Shown in pieces: positions 1 to 8,420 of a DNA stretch of 36,624 nucleotides (the first letter of the stretch is position 1; each line of letters begins with the position of its first letter). Source of the DNA: Thermoplasmata archaeon (GTDB lineage Archaea > Thermoplasmatota > Thermoplasmata > Lutacidiplasmatales > UBA184); assembly GCA_049582265.1 (NCBI GenBank), contig JBAUTP010000288.1, forward strand, positions 1-36,624, given 5' to 3'. The translations under genes were made by a program, and so were the position numbers. Under the pieces are notes generated by a model that worked only from the letters and a program-made list of their open reading frames with translations, was not told the origin of the DNA and did not search any database.

Positions 1-92
1 ACCTTGCCACGAGAAGCAGTGGGGACACCGTGCCCCCGTCGGCCTCCGCGGCGAACGGTGCCGAGGACGCCGACGTAGGTTTCCGAGTCCGG

Positions 93-692
93 CTAACCAA
101 GCCAATTCCAAAAATCATCACGCCAGAAATCGACGTCTTCATGCAGATGCCGAAGGGCCACGGGCTTCAACCCCTCGCGTTCTGCTTCTTGGAGTCGACC
201 CCGCAACTCTTCGATCGTCACCTGCGAGAGTGAGTCAAGGATCCGCTTTAGGTCGTGGCCGATTCCGAGGTCAAGGAGGTGGTCCGGATGGCGGATCACC
301 AAGCGAAAGTGATGACTGCGGGAGAATTCGACGCGGATCACTTGCCAGACCAGGGTTTCACCTCGTTCGCGTTGAAGTCGGAACGCGCATAGGTTGCCAA
401 TGGCCATTCCGACGAAATTCTCGTCGGACAACCCGGGCTTCAGGTGGAGCCCCACTTCGAGTCCGCGATGCGTGCCAGACGCGAGGCGTGGGCGTGGAAA
501 CCTTCTTCGCAGGTCGAATTGGCTCGGAGAAGTCACCCGCCCGCTGAGCAGCTCAAGGGTCGCATGAGGGTCGCGGAGCCCACGAGGGTCCGGCTGATCA
601 ACCACGCACCGCTCTATGAGTTTGCCCCAAGTCGTCTCCTGGGAGATTTTGTCTCTGCCCTGGATGAGGGAAAGACCCTGGACCCCTGGCAC
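93..692 (-). CDS. hypothetical protein (199 aa), no family recognised
   Basis: Longest ORF in the first 700 nt. Its sequence is non-repetitive with mixed charge, whereas the overlapping + strand ORFs are Arg/Gly/Pro-rich antisense-type junk. I can name no diagnostic motif. Confidence 0.4.
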   Translation of the reverse strand: MPGVQGLSLIQGRDKISQETTWGKLIERCVVDQPDPRGLRDPHATLELLSGRVTSPSQFDLRRRFPRPRLASGTHRGLEVGLHLKPGLSDENFVGMAIGNLCAFRLQRERGETLVWQVIRVEFSRSHHFRLVIRHPDHLLDLGIGHDLKRILDSLSQVTIEELRGRLQEAEREGLKPVALRHLHEDVDFWRDDFWNWLG

Positions 693-1278
693 GTTGCATA
701 GAGGTATCGGAGACTACGCCGAGTGTTTAATTCGGGAGGGACCCACGGCCTGCCGGCCCTCATTGCCGAGCGTCTCAACGGACAGTTCACTGAGGTTGAA
801 GGACTGACGCGGTTGTCCGTCCTGCTTTCCAATTCGATGAACGACGAGGCCGTTCCGTCGCATATCGACGTCCTCATCGGGCTATTGGCGAGGGCGCGAG
901 AGTGGTCGTGGTTCTGAGCGGGGGGGTTCGGCCAGTACTGGGGAGTAACCCAATCGTGCCTCGATCCACGCAGGCCCGGACCTCGACACGCTCCGTTGAG
1001 CACCCCCAGCACCAGCCTCTCCGAAGTTGAATTCGTCCTCGACCCAACGCGAATCCGCGCCACGGCACGCGATGTGCCGTGTATGACATCCATGGGGTTC
1101 GAGGGATGCCTGGCGGCGGGAGACTTCGACCGTGATTCGGCCAGGAGTGTCGCGGAACTGCGAGATTCCGAACCGAAAGGACAAGAAAGCCAAGCTAGGA
1201 TCGAGAGAGCGACCGAAGGAGGATCGGACATAGCTCGTTATATTCGCGGCTCCGCGTTCTTGGGCCGAGGCAGCGTCG

Positions 1279-2397
1279 ATGAAGCTGGAAACCATTGCCG
1301 TGCACGCCGGCGGCGAGGTCGACCAATCTACGGGGGCGATAGCACCGCCATTGAATCTTTCAACCACGTTCGAGCACGGCCCCGCGTACGAAACGCTCCA
1401 CGGATTCCGTTACGTTCGGGACGAGAACCCGGTGCAATCTCGCTTGGAGGCAGCGCTCCGGGACCTGGAGGGCGGTGAATCGTCCATCGTCTTCGCGTCC
1501 GGAATGGCGGCAGGAGCCGCAGTCCTCCAGAGTCTCCCCCGTGGATCGCACGTTCTCTTTTGTGACGACATCTACCACACCATGCGCAGTCTGGTGCGGG
1601 ACTTCCTCCCCACCTGGGGAATCGAAGGCACGTTCGCCGATTTGGGCGACCTGGAAAAACTACGGGAGTGCCTCCGCCCCACCACGAAGCTGGTCTGGAC
1701 CGAGACGCCCTCCAACCCCCTCCTGAAGGTCTCGGACATACGAGGATTGTCTCAGCTCGCCCACGAAGCGGATGCCCGCTTGCTGGTCGACAACACCTTC
1801 GCCACTCCCATCCTTCAACGACCCCTATCCCTAGGCGCAGACCTGGTTCTGCATTCGACCACCAAGTACTGTGGGGGGCACAGTGACGTCCAAGGCGGTT
1901 GCATCGTCGCAAAGTCCCAGAAATCCACCGAACCGTTGTTTGAGATCCGTCGAGTTCTGGGTGGGGTAGGATCCCCTTTCAATTCCTGGCTGGTTCTTCG
2001 TGGACTTCGTACCTTGCCTTGTCGCATGGACCGCCATTCGATGAATGCGTCCGCCGTCGCTTCCGCGCTCGCCGACCTCCCTTCCGTCGAGACCGTCTAC
2101 TATCCGGGTCTCCCCTCCCATCCCGGACATGAGGTGGCCCGCCGTCAGATGACGCACTATGGGGGCATGGTATCGTTCTTGGTCCGTGGGGGCCGAAAGG
2201 AAGCAGTACGCGTCGCCTCACGCGTACGGTTGTTCGTGAATGCTACGAGCTTGGGGGGAGTCGAGAGCCTCATCGAGCACCGTGCCTCGAGTGAGGGGAA
2301 GGCATCCACCACGCCACCGAACCTGCTTCGTCTGTCCGTGGGTCTGGAGCACCCAGACGATCTTATCGAGGATCTCCGTCAGGCACTTGGGTCCTAG
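1279..2397 (+). CDS. Cys/Met-metabolism PLP-dependent enzyme (cystathionine gamma-synthase / gamma-lyase family)
   Basis: 372 aa with an ATG start. N-terminus MKLETIAVHAGG, PLP-lysine motif HSTTKYCGGHSDV, and C-terminal SLGGVESLIEH...RLSVGLE. Synthase and lyase cannot be separated by eye. Confidence 0.9.
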   Translation: MKLETIAVHAGGEVDQSTGAIAPPLNLSTTFEHGPAYETLHGFRYVRDENPVQSRLEAALRDLEGGESSIVFASGMAAGAAVLQSLPRGSHVLFCDDIYHTMRSLVRDFLPTWGIEGTFADLGDLEKLRECLRPTTKLVWTETPSNPLLKVSDIRGLSQLAHEADARLLVDNTFATPILQRPLSLGADLVLHSTTKYCGGHSDVQGGCIVAKSQKSTEPLFEIRRVLGGVGSPFNSWLVLRGLRTLPCRMDRHSMNASAVASALADLPSVETVYYPGLPSHPGHEVARRQMTHYGGMVSFLVRGGRKEAVRVASRVRLFVNATSLGGVESLIEHRASSEGKASTTPPNLLRLSVGLEHPDDLIEDLRQALGS

Positions 2398-2413
2398 AAT
2401 CTGTCGATGCTCA

Positions 2414-2418
2414 TTTTT
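2414..2418 (+). terminator. oligo-T (T5) tract downstream of the PLP-enzyme gene
   Basis: The sequence cattttta lies 17 nt after the TAG stop on the coding strand. T5+ runs are rare in this window, and oligo-T is the archaeal termination signal. Confidence 0.4.
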
Positions 2419-2440
2419 ATGGCCGCACATGCCAGGAAAT

Positions 2441-3304
2441 CTAACCGAATCGGTCAAGTCGACCCCGCCCCGGGCTGGCAATGAGGTCCTGCTCGAGGTT
2501 CTTGAGGGGGGATTCCAGCTCCCGGACCTCGGGAGAGTGAGCAAATCCCTCGTCCTCGATAGCATCCTCCGGACCGAATCTGACTCCGTGAAGCTTAGCC
2601 AGTGTGCATTCGAGGTAGTACCGTGCCTGGCCTACCGGGTCGGGCGGATGCCGTCGGCCCTCGGGGGAGTTGATCGCGTGACTCAAGGAGGGAAATTCCT
2701 GACCTTTCGGGTCCCAGGAGACAATGCATGCCGTCGATCCGCCCCCGGTCCAAAGTGTCGCGGGTACGGGAATCCACCCACCCCCGCGATCCACGAGGTT
2801 CGTGGAGGGGCTCAATCGACCGCTGCGGACCGCGGCCCTCCATTCGGCCACAAGGGGGTTGTCGTCCTGACGTCGAGAGTCCCTGAAACTCCTCAACTTC
2901 TCGGCTAGCGAATTCCCCGATAGGATATCGCTGTCCGAGAGGAATGCGTTCCAGAGCTCCTTCGACCATCCATCCCCAGCGCACACCGAACCTGGGCCCG
3001 AGCTCTTCACGATGAGCGCGTCGACCCAGTGGATAACGCATTGCACTCCGCGGCCCGGTGACTGGCCTGGATCCATCACTTGGACTTGTATCCTTGCTGA
3101 ATTGAGATTTGATGTGAACCGGCGATAGTGGGAAGACCACGAGCCAAAGCAACGGCGGAGGGATGGTCCCGACTCCGCGGTCATTACGCCCAATCGTGAC
3201 GAGGTGGCGCGCGGGAAAGCATCACCCGAACGCAGTATTCCCACCCAGCTCATTCGAGCGCCGTGCGCGACGATCGGTACACCGGGCCGCTTCTTCGCGC
3301 CCAT
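2441..3304 (-). CDS. hypothetical protein; real start probably ATG at 3076 (about 211 aa)
   Basis: The first ~76 codons of the track ORF are Arg/Ser-rich. The body (VQCVIHWVDALIVK...GGGWIPVPATLWTGGGSTACIVSWDPKG...) looks globular. No family recognised. It lies co-directionally downstream of the nucleotidyltransferase gene. Confidence 0.4.
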   Translation of the reverse strand: MGAKKRPGVPIVAHGARMSWVGILRSGDAFPRATSSRLGVMTAESGPSLRRCFGSWSSHYRRFTSNLNSARIQVQVMDPGQSPGRGVQCVIHWVDALIVKSSGPGSVCAGDGWSKELWNAFLSDSDILSGNSLAEKLRSFRDSRRQDDNPLVAEWRAAVRSGRLSPSTNLVDRGGGWIPVPATLWTGGGSTACIVSWDPKGQEFPSLSHAINSPEGRRHPPDPVGQARYYLECTLAKLHGVRFGPEDAIEDEGFAHSPEVRELESPLKNLEQDLIASPGRGRLDRFG

Positions 3305-3506
3305 CGCTATCGCCTTATCGACCGTACGCCCCCCTCTTCAGGCTCGCGGTCCCGATCCGGTCCAAGTTCCGTCGCTCTTGGCCGCTCTCCCGGTGATCCT
3401 GATGAGGGCTTGGCCACCGTCCTTGCCCCTCCTAGGGCGGATTAGATGTGCACCACTGAGGGTTGGGCCTTCTCTCCCCCCGAACCCGGGTTCGGCTAGG
3501 ACTGGG

Positions 3507-4253
3507 TCAGGACCAGTCGTCCCGCGTAAGGGCCCGGAGCCGCGGCTCAAGACGATCTAGAAGATCGTCAGCATCCCAGGCCTCTCCGCAGAGGAGATCG
3601 ATCGCACGCCCGAGGGCTCGGAGCAACTCGGCTCGTTCCATTGAGCGTACGAGTGCGTTGCTCGCTGACTGCAATACGTCCGACGGGAGCCGGTCAGGGC
3701 CCCGGCCGTGGGAAGGTTCAAGTCCCCGTCGCAGGCACGCGAGCGACATCGCCTCATCCCGGACTCCCCTAATCCAGTACTCGGCCTGCCACCCCCGGCC
3801 CCTTTCGATTGAGTAGCGGGCCCGGACGGCATGGTGGACCCCCCGCCCGAAGCCATCCTTCGGGGAGCTCGGTCCAGAATGTTCCCTCCGAACCGCAGTC
3901 CCGAACAGAAGTTTGAATTTGGGCCCGTAGTCCGCGACGTACCCCGAAGTAAAGGATAGGTCGACTTGGAGATTGCCGGGCAAGAGAAAAACGCGGTAAA
4001 TCGTCGGGCCCGCCGAGACATCGAAGAGGGTGGCGGCACCGAAGGTGCTCTCAACGTCAGAGGTCCAATCGCTCATGACCGTACCCACGAGAGAGTCCTC
4101 CGCGACTCCGAAGGTTAGGTCAAGGTCGGACCAACGATCCGCGTTTCCCGTCGCGTCAGAGCCGACCGCGGCTCCGGCGATGATGCGTGGGTCGGACCGG
4201 GCCAACTGGAGAAGATAGTCCCGTACGTGCTCTCGATATTCGAGAGTGAACAT
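3507..4253 (-). CDS. Pol-beta-superfamily nucleotidyltransferase domain protein
   Basis: 248 aa with a GS-x(n)-DxD signature (AAVGSDATGNADRWSDLDLTFGV) near the N-terminus, followed by a helical C-terminal domain. It resembles adenylyltransferase/MNT-type enzymes. Confidence 0.7.
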   Translation of the reverse strand: MFTLEYREHVRDYLLQLARSDPRIIAGAAVGSDATGNADRWSDLDLTFGVAEDSLVGTVMSDWTSDVESTFGAATLFDVSAGPTIYRVFLLPGNLQVDLSFTSGYVADYGPKFKLLFGTAVRREHSGPSSPKDGFGRGVHHAVRARYSIERGRGWQAEYWIRGVRDEAMSLACLRRGLEPSHGRGPDRLPSDVLQSASNALVRSMERAELLRALGRAIDLLCGEAWDADDLLDRLEPRLRALTRDDWS

Positions 4254-4340
4254 CGTTCCTAGCGCGAATGCAGTTGAAATCTCGGATTCGAAACAGGGTG
4301 CCTTCTCAAACCCATTCGAAGGGACTCGTGCGGGTCGAGC

Positions 4341-4589
4341 TCATCCTTGGTGGACTTCGTGGATCTCGTCGGCTTCGAGCCCATGAGCTTCTCTGTGGAC
4401 ACGTGCTGCGGCTTCGGGAGAGGGCGCCTCGACGAGACAGAAGATCGTCTCGCTCTTTTCGTCCACCCAATAATTCCGATAACTCACCCCGTGTTTCCCC
4501 TGCACCTTCAGATCCTTCGCATGGGCTTCCGCAACCGCCGCTTCGGTGACACCCTTCACCTTTCGGTGAGTGTCCATGTAGAGGGGCAT
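4341..4589 (-). CDS. DUF4242 (SCO4226-like) small protein
   Basis: 82 aa. The pattern MPLYMDTHRKVKG...HG.SY..YWVDE....FCLVEAPS.EAA..VH.EAHG matches my memory of the DUF4242 family. Confidence 0.7.
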   Translation of the reverse strand: MPLYMDTHRKVKGVTEAAVAEAHAKDLKVQGKHGVSYRNYWVDEKSETIFCLVEAPSPEAAARVHREAHGLEADEIHEVHQG

Positions 4590-4894
4590 AACCGCGGGAA
4601 GAACTGGCCCGACAAGAAGCTTCGCATCGGGTCGATCGATGTCGTCCGTCGCATCGATTCATCGAGGCGCATCCGGGAGTGTAAGATACGGCGGCCTGGC
4701 GAGCACTCGAAGTTCCTTCGCTCCGCCGCGTTTCTCTCGGCGCGCGCGAAATCGGCACGGCCGGGTCGTCGTTCCCATCGCCCGGCCAGGGCCGATGCAC
4801 GCTTGCGGCGCACCAAGGAGCGCGCTGTGCGCCCCCAAGATCCGGTGGTCTTGAGGGCGCCCTTCTCGCGACCCTGATCGCGGGTAGTGGCCGC

Positions 4895-5647
4895 TTAGGA
4901 AAGGGTGAGAGAAAGGCTCTCCTCCGCGATAGTAATCTTCCCGGCAAACTCGCGCGCAGCGAGGGACCGAGATACCTCCCGGTCATCGCCTGGCCAGAAG
5001 TGAGTTAGCATGAGTTGGGTCACTCCCGCTTCGCGGGCGTACCGTCCGGCCTCGGTGGCGGTGAGGAGGAACCGGTCCTGGCCCTCCGGTGGGGCTTGCT
5101 GGTGGGTCGCTTCGCACACAAACAGGTCGGCTCCGTGAGCGAGCTCCGTGATCTTCGGGGAGGGTCCGGTGTCCCCCGTGTAGGCGATCACCACATCGTC
5201 GGCCTCAACGCGAAAACCGAGGTTGGGAACAAAGTGAGGCAATTCGACGATCCGGATTCGGAACGGTTCGAGGTCCACCGACTGGTCGGCGCTTATTGGG
5301 TGGAATTCGCACTCCTGCTTCAGCCGATGAGGCCCCTTCGGTCCATCGAGGCTCCCGACCCGGTCCATGACCTCCGGGAGGGCGTAGACGGGGAGTGGCG
5401 GGAATCGTGGCTGCGGCATCGTGCGTGCCCGAAAGAGACCAAAGAGATCGACGCAGTGGTCCGCGTGGGCGTGCGTAACGAACACGGCGCGGACGTCGGA
5501 GGCCGGACACTGCTCGAGGAGTCTGGGCAGCGAGCCGAAGCCTAGGTCGAGGACGAGGCGTTCGCCGGCAGACTCCAGCAGATAGCAGCTGCATGCTCGT
5601 CCGGCCGCGGGCCAGGCGCCGCTGCTACCGAGTACGGTCAGCTTCAT
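4895..5647 (-). CDS. MBL-fold metallo-hydrolase (RNase Z / PhnP-like subgroup)
   Basis: 250 aa. N-terminal strand MKLTVLGSSG, HxHxDH motif (THAHADHC), and later ligand-bearing GDTGP and LTHF segments. Confidence 0.85.
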   Translation of the reverse strand: MKLTVLGSSGAWPAAGRACSCYLLESAGERLVLDLGFGSLPRLLEQCPASDVRAVFVTHAHADHCVDLFGLFRARTMPQPRFPPLPVYALPEVMDRVGSLDGPKGPHRLKQECEFHPISADQSVDLEPFRIRIVELPHFVPNLGFRVEADDVVIAYTGDTGPSPKITELAHGADLFVCEATHQQAPPEGQDRFLLTATEAGRYAREAGVTQLMLTHFWPGDDREVSRSLAAREFAGKITIAEESLSLTLS

Positions 5648-5935
5648 CGGCGGAGTCCCACGTTCGCTCTCGGACAGCTGGTGATGAGATGAATCTATCC
5701 GGCGGCTTTCCTTGCCCCGATCTCCTCCACTGGTTGCCTCGGTCCCTAGGTTTACTGACGGACCCGGCCCCCTCGCTCACGCCTGAGCTCGTCGCGGTCC
5801 TGTCGTCAACCGCGTATGGACTCCGCCAAGCTCTCAGCGCGCATCGCTCGGCGGTCCCTCGCTCCGTGTTAGGGGTTTCGAGGGAGTAGCCGGGGAGGAC
5901 CGACCCGCTCAATCTCAGGCCCGGCGCACCGCGCG

Positions 5936-6346
5936 ATGAGTTCCCTCCCTTTTATCGAGAGATGCCCATGCAGTTCTGTGATTCTCGGCTACCGGGTATG
6001 GCTTAGAGATGGTCACCGTCCGATCGATATCGATGCGACGCAGGTAGTGGTCGATGCGAGGGCCGGCCGGATAACGTTCCTGAAACCGCTCCGGCCGACG
6101 TCCCACCCAGCGGCCTTCGACATCGCTAACCTTGCCGGGTTTGCAGCGGATGAGGAGCGACACAATTTCAAACTTAGGTTCATGAACGCCAACGGCGCCT
6201 TGATTGTCGTCCCTACGCTCTTGGAAAAGGGTAACGCGCCTCGGGTTGAAGAAAAATTTGTAGTGATCAAGCCCCCGGGAGACCCCATGCCGAGAGCGAT
6301 GATCGCTCGTGATCTTATCGTGGGAAAGTTGACCGATCTGTTTTGA
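5936..6346 (+). CDS. ambiguous ORF (136 aa) in a lower-GC patch next to the tRNA 3' end
   Basis: A competing minus-strand ORF (5915..6409) starts on a GTG inside the tRNA gene. Third-position GC is similar for both frames, and neither matches a family I recognise. The + ORF is listed only because it does not collide with the tRNA. Confidence 0.25.
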   Translation: MSSLPFIERCPCSSVILGYRVWLRDGHRPIDIDATQVVVDARAGRITFLKPLRPTSHPAAFDIANLAGFAADEERHNFKLRFMNANGALIVVPTLLEKGNAPRVEEKFVVIKPPGDPMPRAMIARDLIVGKLTDLF

Positions 6347-6384
6347 GAGAATGTAGGCCCGCTCCGATACCCATTGATGGGAAG

Positions 6385-6459
6385 TGCTCCCGGCGGGATT
6401 CGAACCCACGTTTCGTGGTCGAAGGCCACGGATCCTTGACCGGACTAGACTACGGGAGC
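6385..6459 (-). tRNA. tRNA-Glu (anticodon UUC), CCA not encoded
   Basis: Hand-folded 75-nt cloverleaf. Acceptor GCUCCCG/CGGGAGC; D-arm GUCU/GGAU with loop AGUCCGGUCAA; anticodon stem CGUGG/CCACG with loop CCUUCGA. It has a 4-nt variable loop, T-arm GUGGG-UUCGAAU-CCCGC and discriminator A. The D-loop resembles archaeal tRNA-Glu. Confidence 0.85.
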
Positions 6460-6487
6460 ACGGGGGTCGGTCGGGTGACCCATTCCA

Positions 6488-6497
6488 GAATAATTGC
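6488..6497 (-). promoter_or_regulatory. AT-rich TATA-like box upstream of tRNA-Glu
   Basis: The minus strand reads CAATTATTC, 30-36 nt upstream of the mature tRNA 5' end, in otherwise GC-rich sequence. This position fits an archaeal TATA box with a short leader. Confidence 0.45.
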
Positions 6498-6535
6498 CCT
6501 TCGCTCTCCCCGATACGGGGCCGTGAGCGTGTTCC

Positions 6536-6904
6536 TCACGCGGACTCTTCCGGAATCAGCCAAAGCTCGTTGCCGTCGGGGTCCAGGAATTTGGCGCGCC
6601 ACCCCCAGGGAAATTTCTTGGGTGGCTCAGAAAACTTGACGCCCTGCTTCTTCCACCGTTGATAGACCCGTGGCAGTGCCTCGTTCGTGACGATGAGTAT
6701 TCCCGTGTTTCCGAACTCAGAGGCTTTCGGATGAGGTCCCATTTCGCAGAGGTGGAGAACCGCGCCCCGGCGAGGCTGCCCCACGGTCGTCCAGTGCTCA
6801 TCGTCGTCATCGATCACTTTGAAGCCCAGTGTCTCCGAGTACCATTTGGCGGCTTTCTTTCGGTCTCGCACCACCACCGCCACGGAGTGGACTCGGATGC
6901 TCAT
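6536..6904 (-). CDS. VOC / glyoxalase-bleomycin-resistance family protein
   Basis: 122 aa. N-terminal strand VHSVAVVVRDRKKAAKWYSETLGFKV and C-terminal FLDPDGNELWLIPE are typical of single-module VOC proteins. Confidence 0.85.
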   Translation of the reverse strand: MSIRVHSVAVVVRDRKKAAKWYSETLGFKVIDDDDEHWTTVGQPRRGAVLHLCEMGPHPKASEFGNTGILIVTNEALPRVYQRWKKQGVKFSEPPKKFPWGWRAKFLDPDGNELWLIPEESA

Positions 6905-7052
6905 CGTCGTTACCCTCGCCCCGACGCACGAGGAGTCCCATAGCGCTTGGGGGGTCGAGTGGGTCTACCTTCAAGCCCGGAGCGAATGTCATCCGTCGTT
7001 TCCAGCGTCGCACGTCGTTCGCTGGGGAGGGAGCTATCGTCCCACGTCGAGG

Positions 7053-8357
7053 TCAGCCGACGCGTTCCCAGCGTTCCAGTTTCTGAACCTTTCCGAGGGT
7101 CGAGCCCCGCTGGATCTCTTCCCGAACCCTATTTTCGTGCTCGAGCACATCCAGGGAGCGGTTTGCGATCTCCTGGGCCCGCTCGCGCGGCACGACCACG
7201 AGGCCACTCATGTCCCCAACCATCCAATCGCCGGGTCGAATGCGCTCCCCTCCCACCACTACCTCGACACCGATCTCGCCGTGGCCCTTAGGCTCGCCCG
7301 CGTTCGGAGCGACAAATCGACTGAAGGCCGGGAAGCCGAGAGCGAGGATGGCGTCCAGGTCCCGGATCGCCCCGTCGATGACAACGCCGGCGACGCCCTT
7401 CCCATGGGCGGACCAGCTGGCGAGCTCTCCCCAAACGGCCGTCGTTCCGGCACCCGCGTCGATCACGATCACATCCCCCGGGCCTGCACGATCGATCGCC
7501 TCCACGGGTTTGGCCCAATCCCCGTCACGCGTTACCACGGTCACCGCAGGGCCGACCAGGTGGACGCTCGGGGAGGTAAGGTGGGGGACAAGTCCGTGGA
7601 GCGCCCCTTTTCGTTGCAGGGCATCCGTCACGTTGGGGGCGGAGACCTTGAGGAAGGCCGCCCGGACCTCGTCCCCACGATAGCGCCGGAAGAGCTCGGT
7701 CCTCACCTCCTGGCGAGAATCGATCGCACGGCGAATCTGCTGTGTCGCCTCCTTGATGTTCGGGCTCTTGGTGATAGCGCCTCCCACGATGAGGATCTGA
7801 GCTCCCGCGACGGTGGCAGCAGCGACGGTCTCGGAGGTCAGCCCGCCGGCGACGCCGACCGGGAGCGAGGAGGCTTCGGCGAGCTCCTTCAGGACCGCGA
7901 ACGGCGTCTTCGCTTGCATCTGCATATCGATCCCTACATGCCAGCAAACCGCGGCCGCTCCGAGCTCGGCTGCCCGCCGAGTGCGGGTCACCGGGTCCGC
8001 GACATTCAGAAGGTCGACCACGACCTCGGCACCGTAGAGCTCTCCGCCCCGCACGGCCTCCGCGATGGTGTCGTCGTCGGCCGTGCCCAGTACGGTCACG
8101 AGGTCAGCGCCCGCCTTCGCCGCGATCTCCACCTCGAAGGCGCCGGTGTCCATGATCTTCATGTCCGCGACGACCCGTTGGTTCGGGAACTCCCTCTTCA
8201 GCGTCCGAACGGCGTCGAGACCCTCGCTCTTGATGAGCGGGGTTCCGGCTTCCACCCAGTCGGCCCCCCCCTCGACAGCTTCGTGCGCCGCCGGAAGGGC
8301 ACGCGAAAGATTCTCGAAATCCAACGCGACCTGGAGAACGGGGCGGTCGAGGCGCAT
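7053..8357 (-). CDS. bifunctional 3-hexulose-6-phosphate synthase (OMP-decarboxylase fold) / RraA-like domain protein
   Basis: 434 aa. The N-terminal half has HPS/HUMPS motifs (LQVALD, ADMKIMDTG, GADLVTV, VAGGL, LIVGGAI). The C-terminal half is RraA/MenG-like (GDVIVIDAGAG..AVWGEL, GVVIDGAIRD, FPAFSR). Confidence 0.85.
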   Translation of the reverse strand: MRLDRPVLQVALDFENLSRALPAAHEAVEGGADWVEAGTPLIKSEGLDAVRTLKREFPNQRVVADMKIMDTGAFEVEIAAKAGADLVTVLGTADDDTIAEAVRGGELYGAEVVVDLLNVADPVTRTRRAAELGAAAVCWHVGIDMQMQAKTPFAVLKELAEASSLPVGVAGGLTSETVAAATVAGAQILIVGGAITKSPNIKEATQQIRRAIDSRQEVRTELFRRYRGDEVRAAFLKVSAPNVTDALQRKGALHGLVPHLTSPSVHLVGPAVTVVTRDGDWAKPVEAIDRAGPGDVIVIDAGAGTTAVWGELASWSAHGKGVAGVVIDGAIRDLDAILALGFPAFSRFVAPNAGEPKGHGEIGVEVVVGGERIRPGDWMVGDMSGLVVVPRERAQEIANRSLDVLEHENRVREEIQRGSTLGKVQKLERWERVG

Positions 8358-8379
8358 GTGGCGACCACGAGCTCCTTCG

Positions 8380-8385
8380 TATTAA
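8380..8385. promoter_or_regulatory. single TATTAA box in the 63-nt divergent spacer (possible bidirectional TATA)
   Basis: This is the only AT-rich element between the HPS-fusion start (8357) and the methyltransferase start (8421). It lies 23-28 nt from the former (leaderless geometry) and 36-41 nt from the latter. Confidence 0.3.
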
Positions 8386-8420
8386 CCGTCCCGGGGTGTT
8401 CTCATGGGACGGGGCCGGGA

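Noticed and set aside
723-1278. 64-aa ORF (723-917) with high GC3 whose frame continues after a single TGA for several hundred nt: possible pseudogene or recoding
   Set aside because: No recognisable family. The continued frame runs 200 nt into the well-supported PLP-enzyme gene in another frame. There is no SECIS-like evidence I can evaluate by eye. It is left unannotated.
4283-4298. ctcggattcgaaacagg resembles the tRNA T-arm segment (gggattcgaaccc): a possible att repeat
   Set aside because: Only about 9-11 nt match. The orientation and intervening genes (DUF4242, MBL hydrolase) give no support for a mobile element. This is most likely chance.
5915-6409. 164-aa minus-strand ORF that could be an integrase fragment overlapping the tRNA (SSV-type integration)
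   Set aside because: Its only start is a GTG inside the tRNA T-arm. The sequence has no integrase motifs I can recognise, and no duplicate of the tRNA 3' half was found. It is kept only as part of the low-GC-patch finding.
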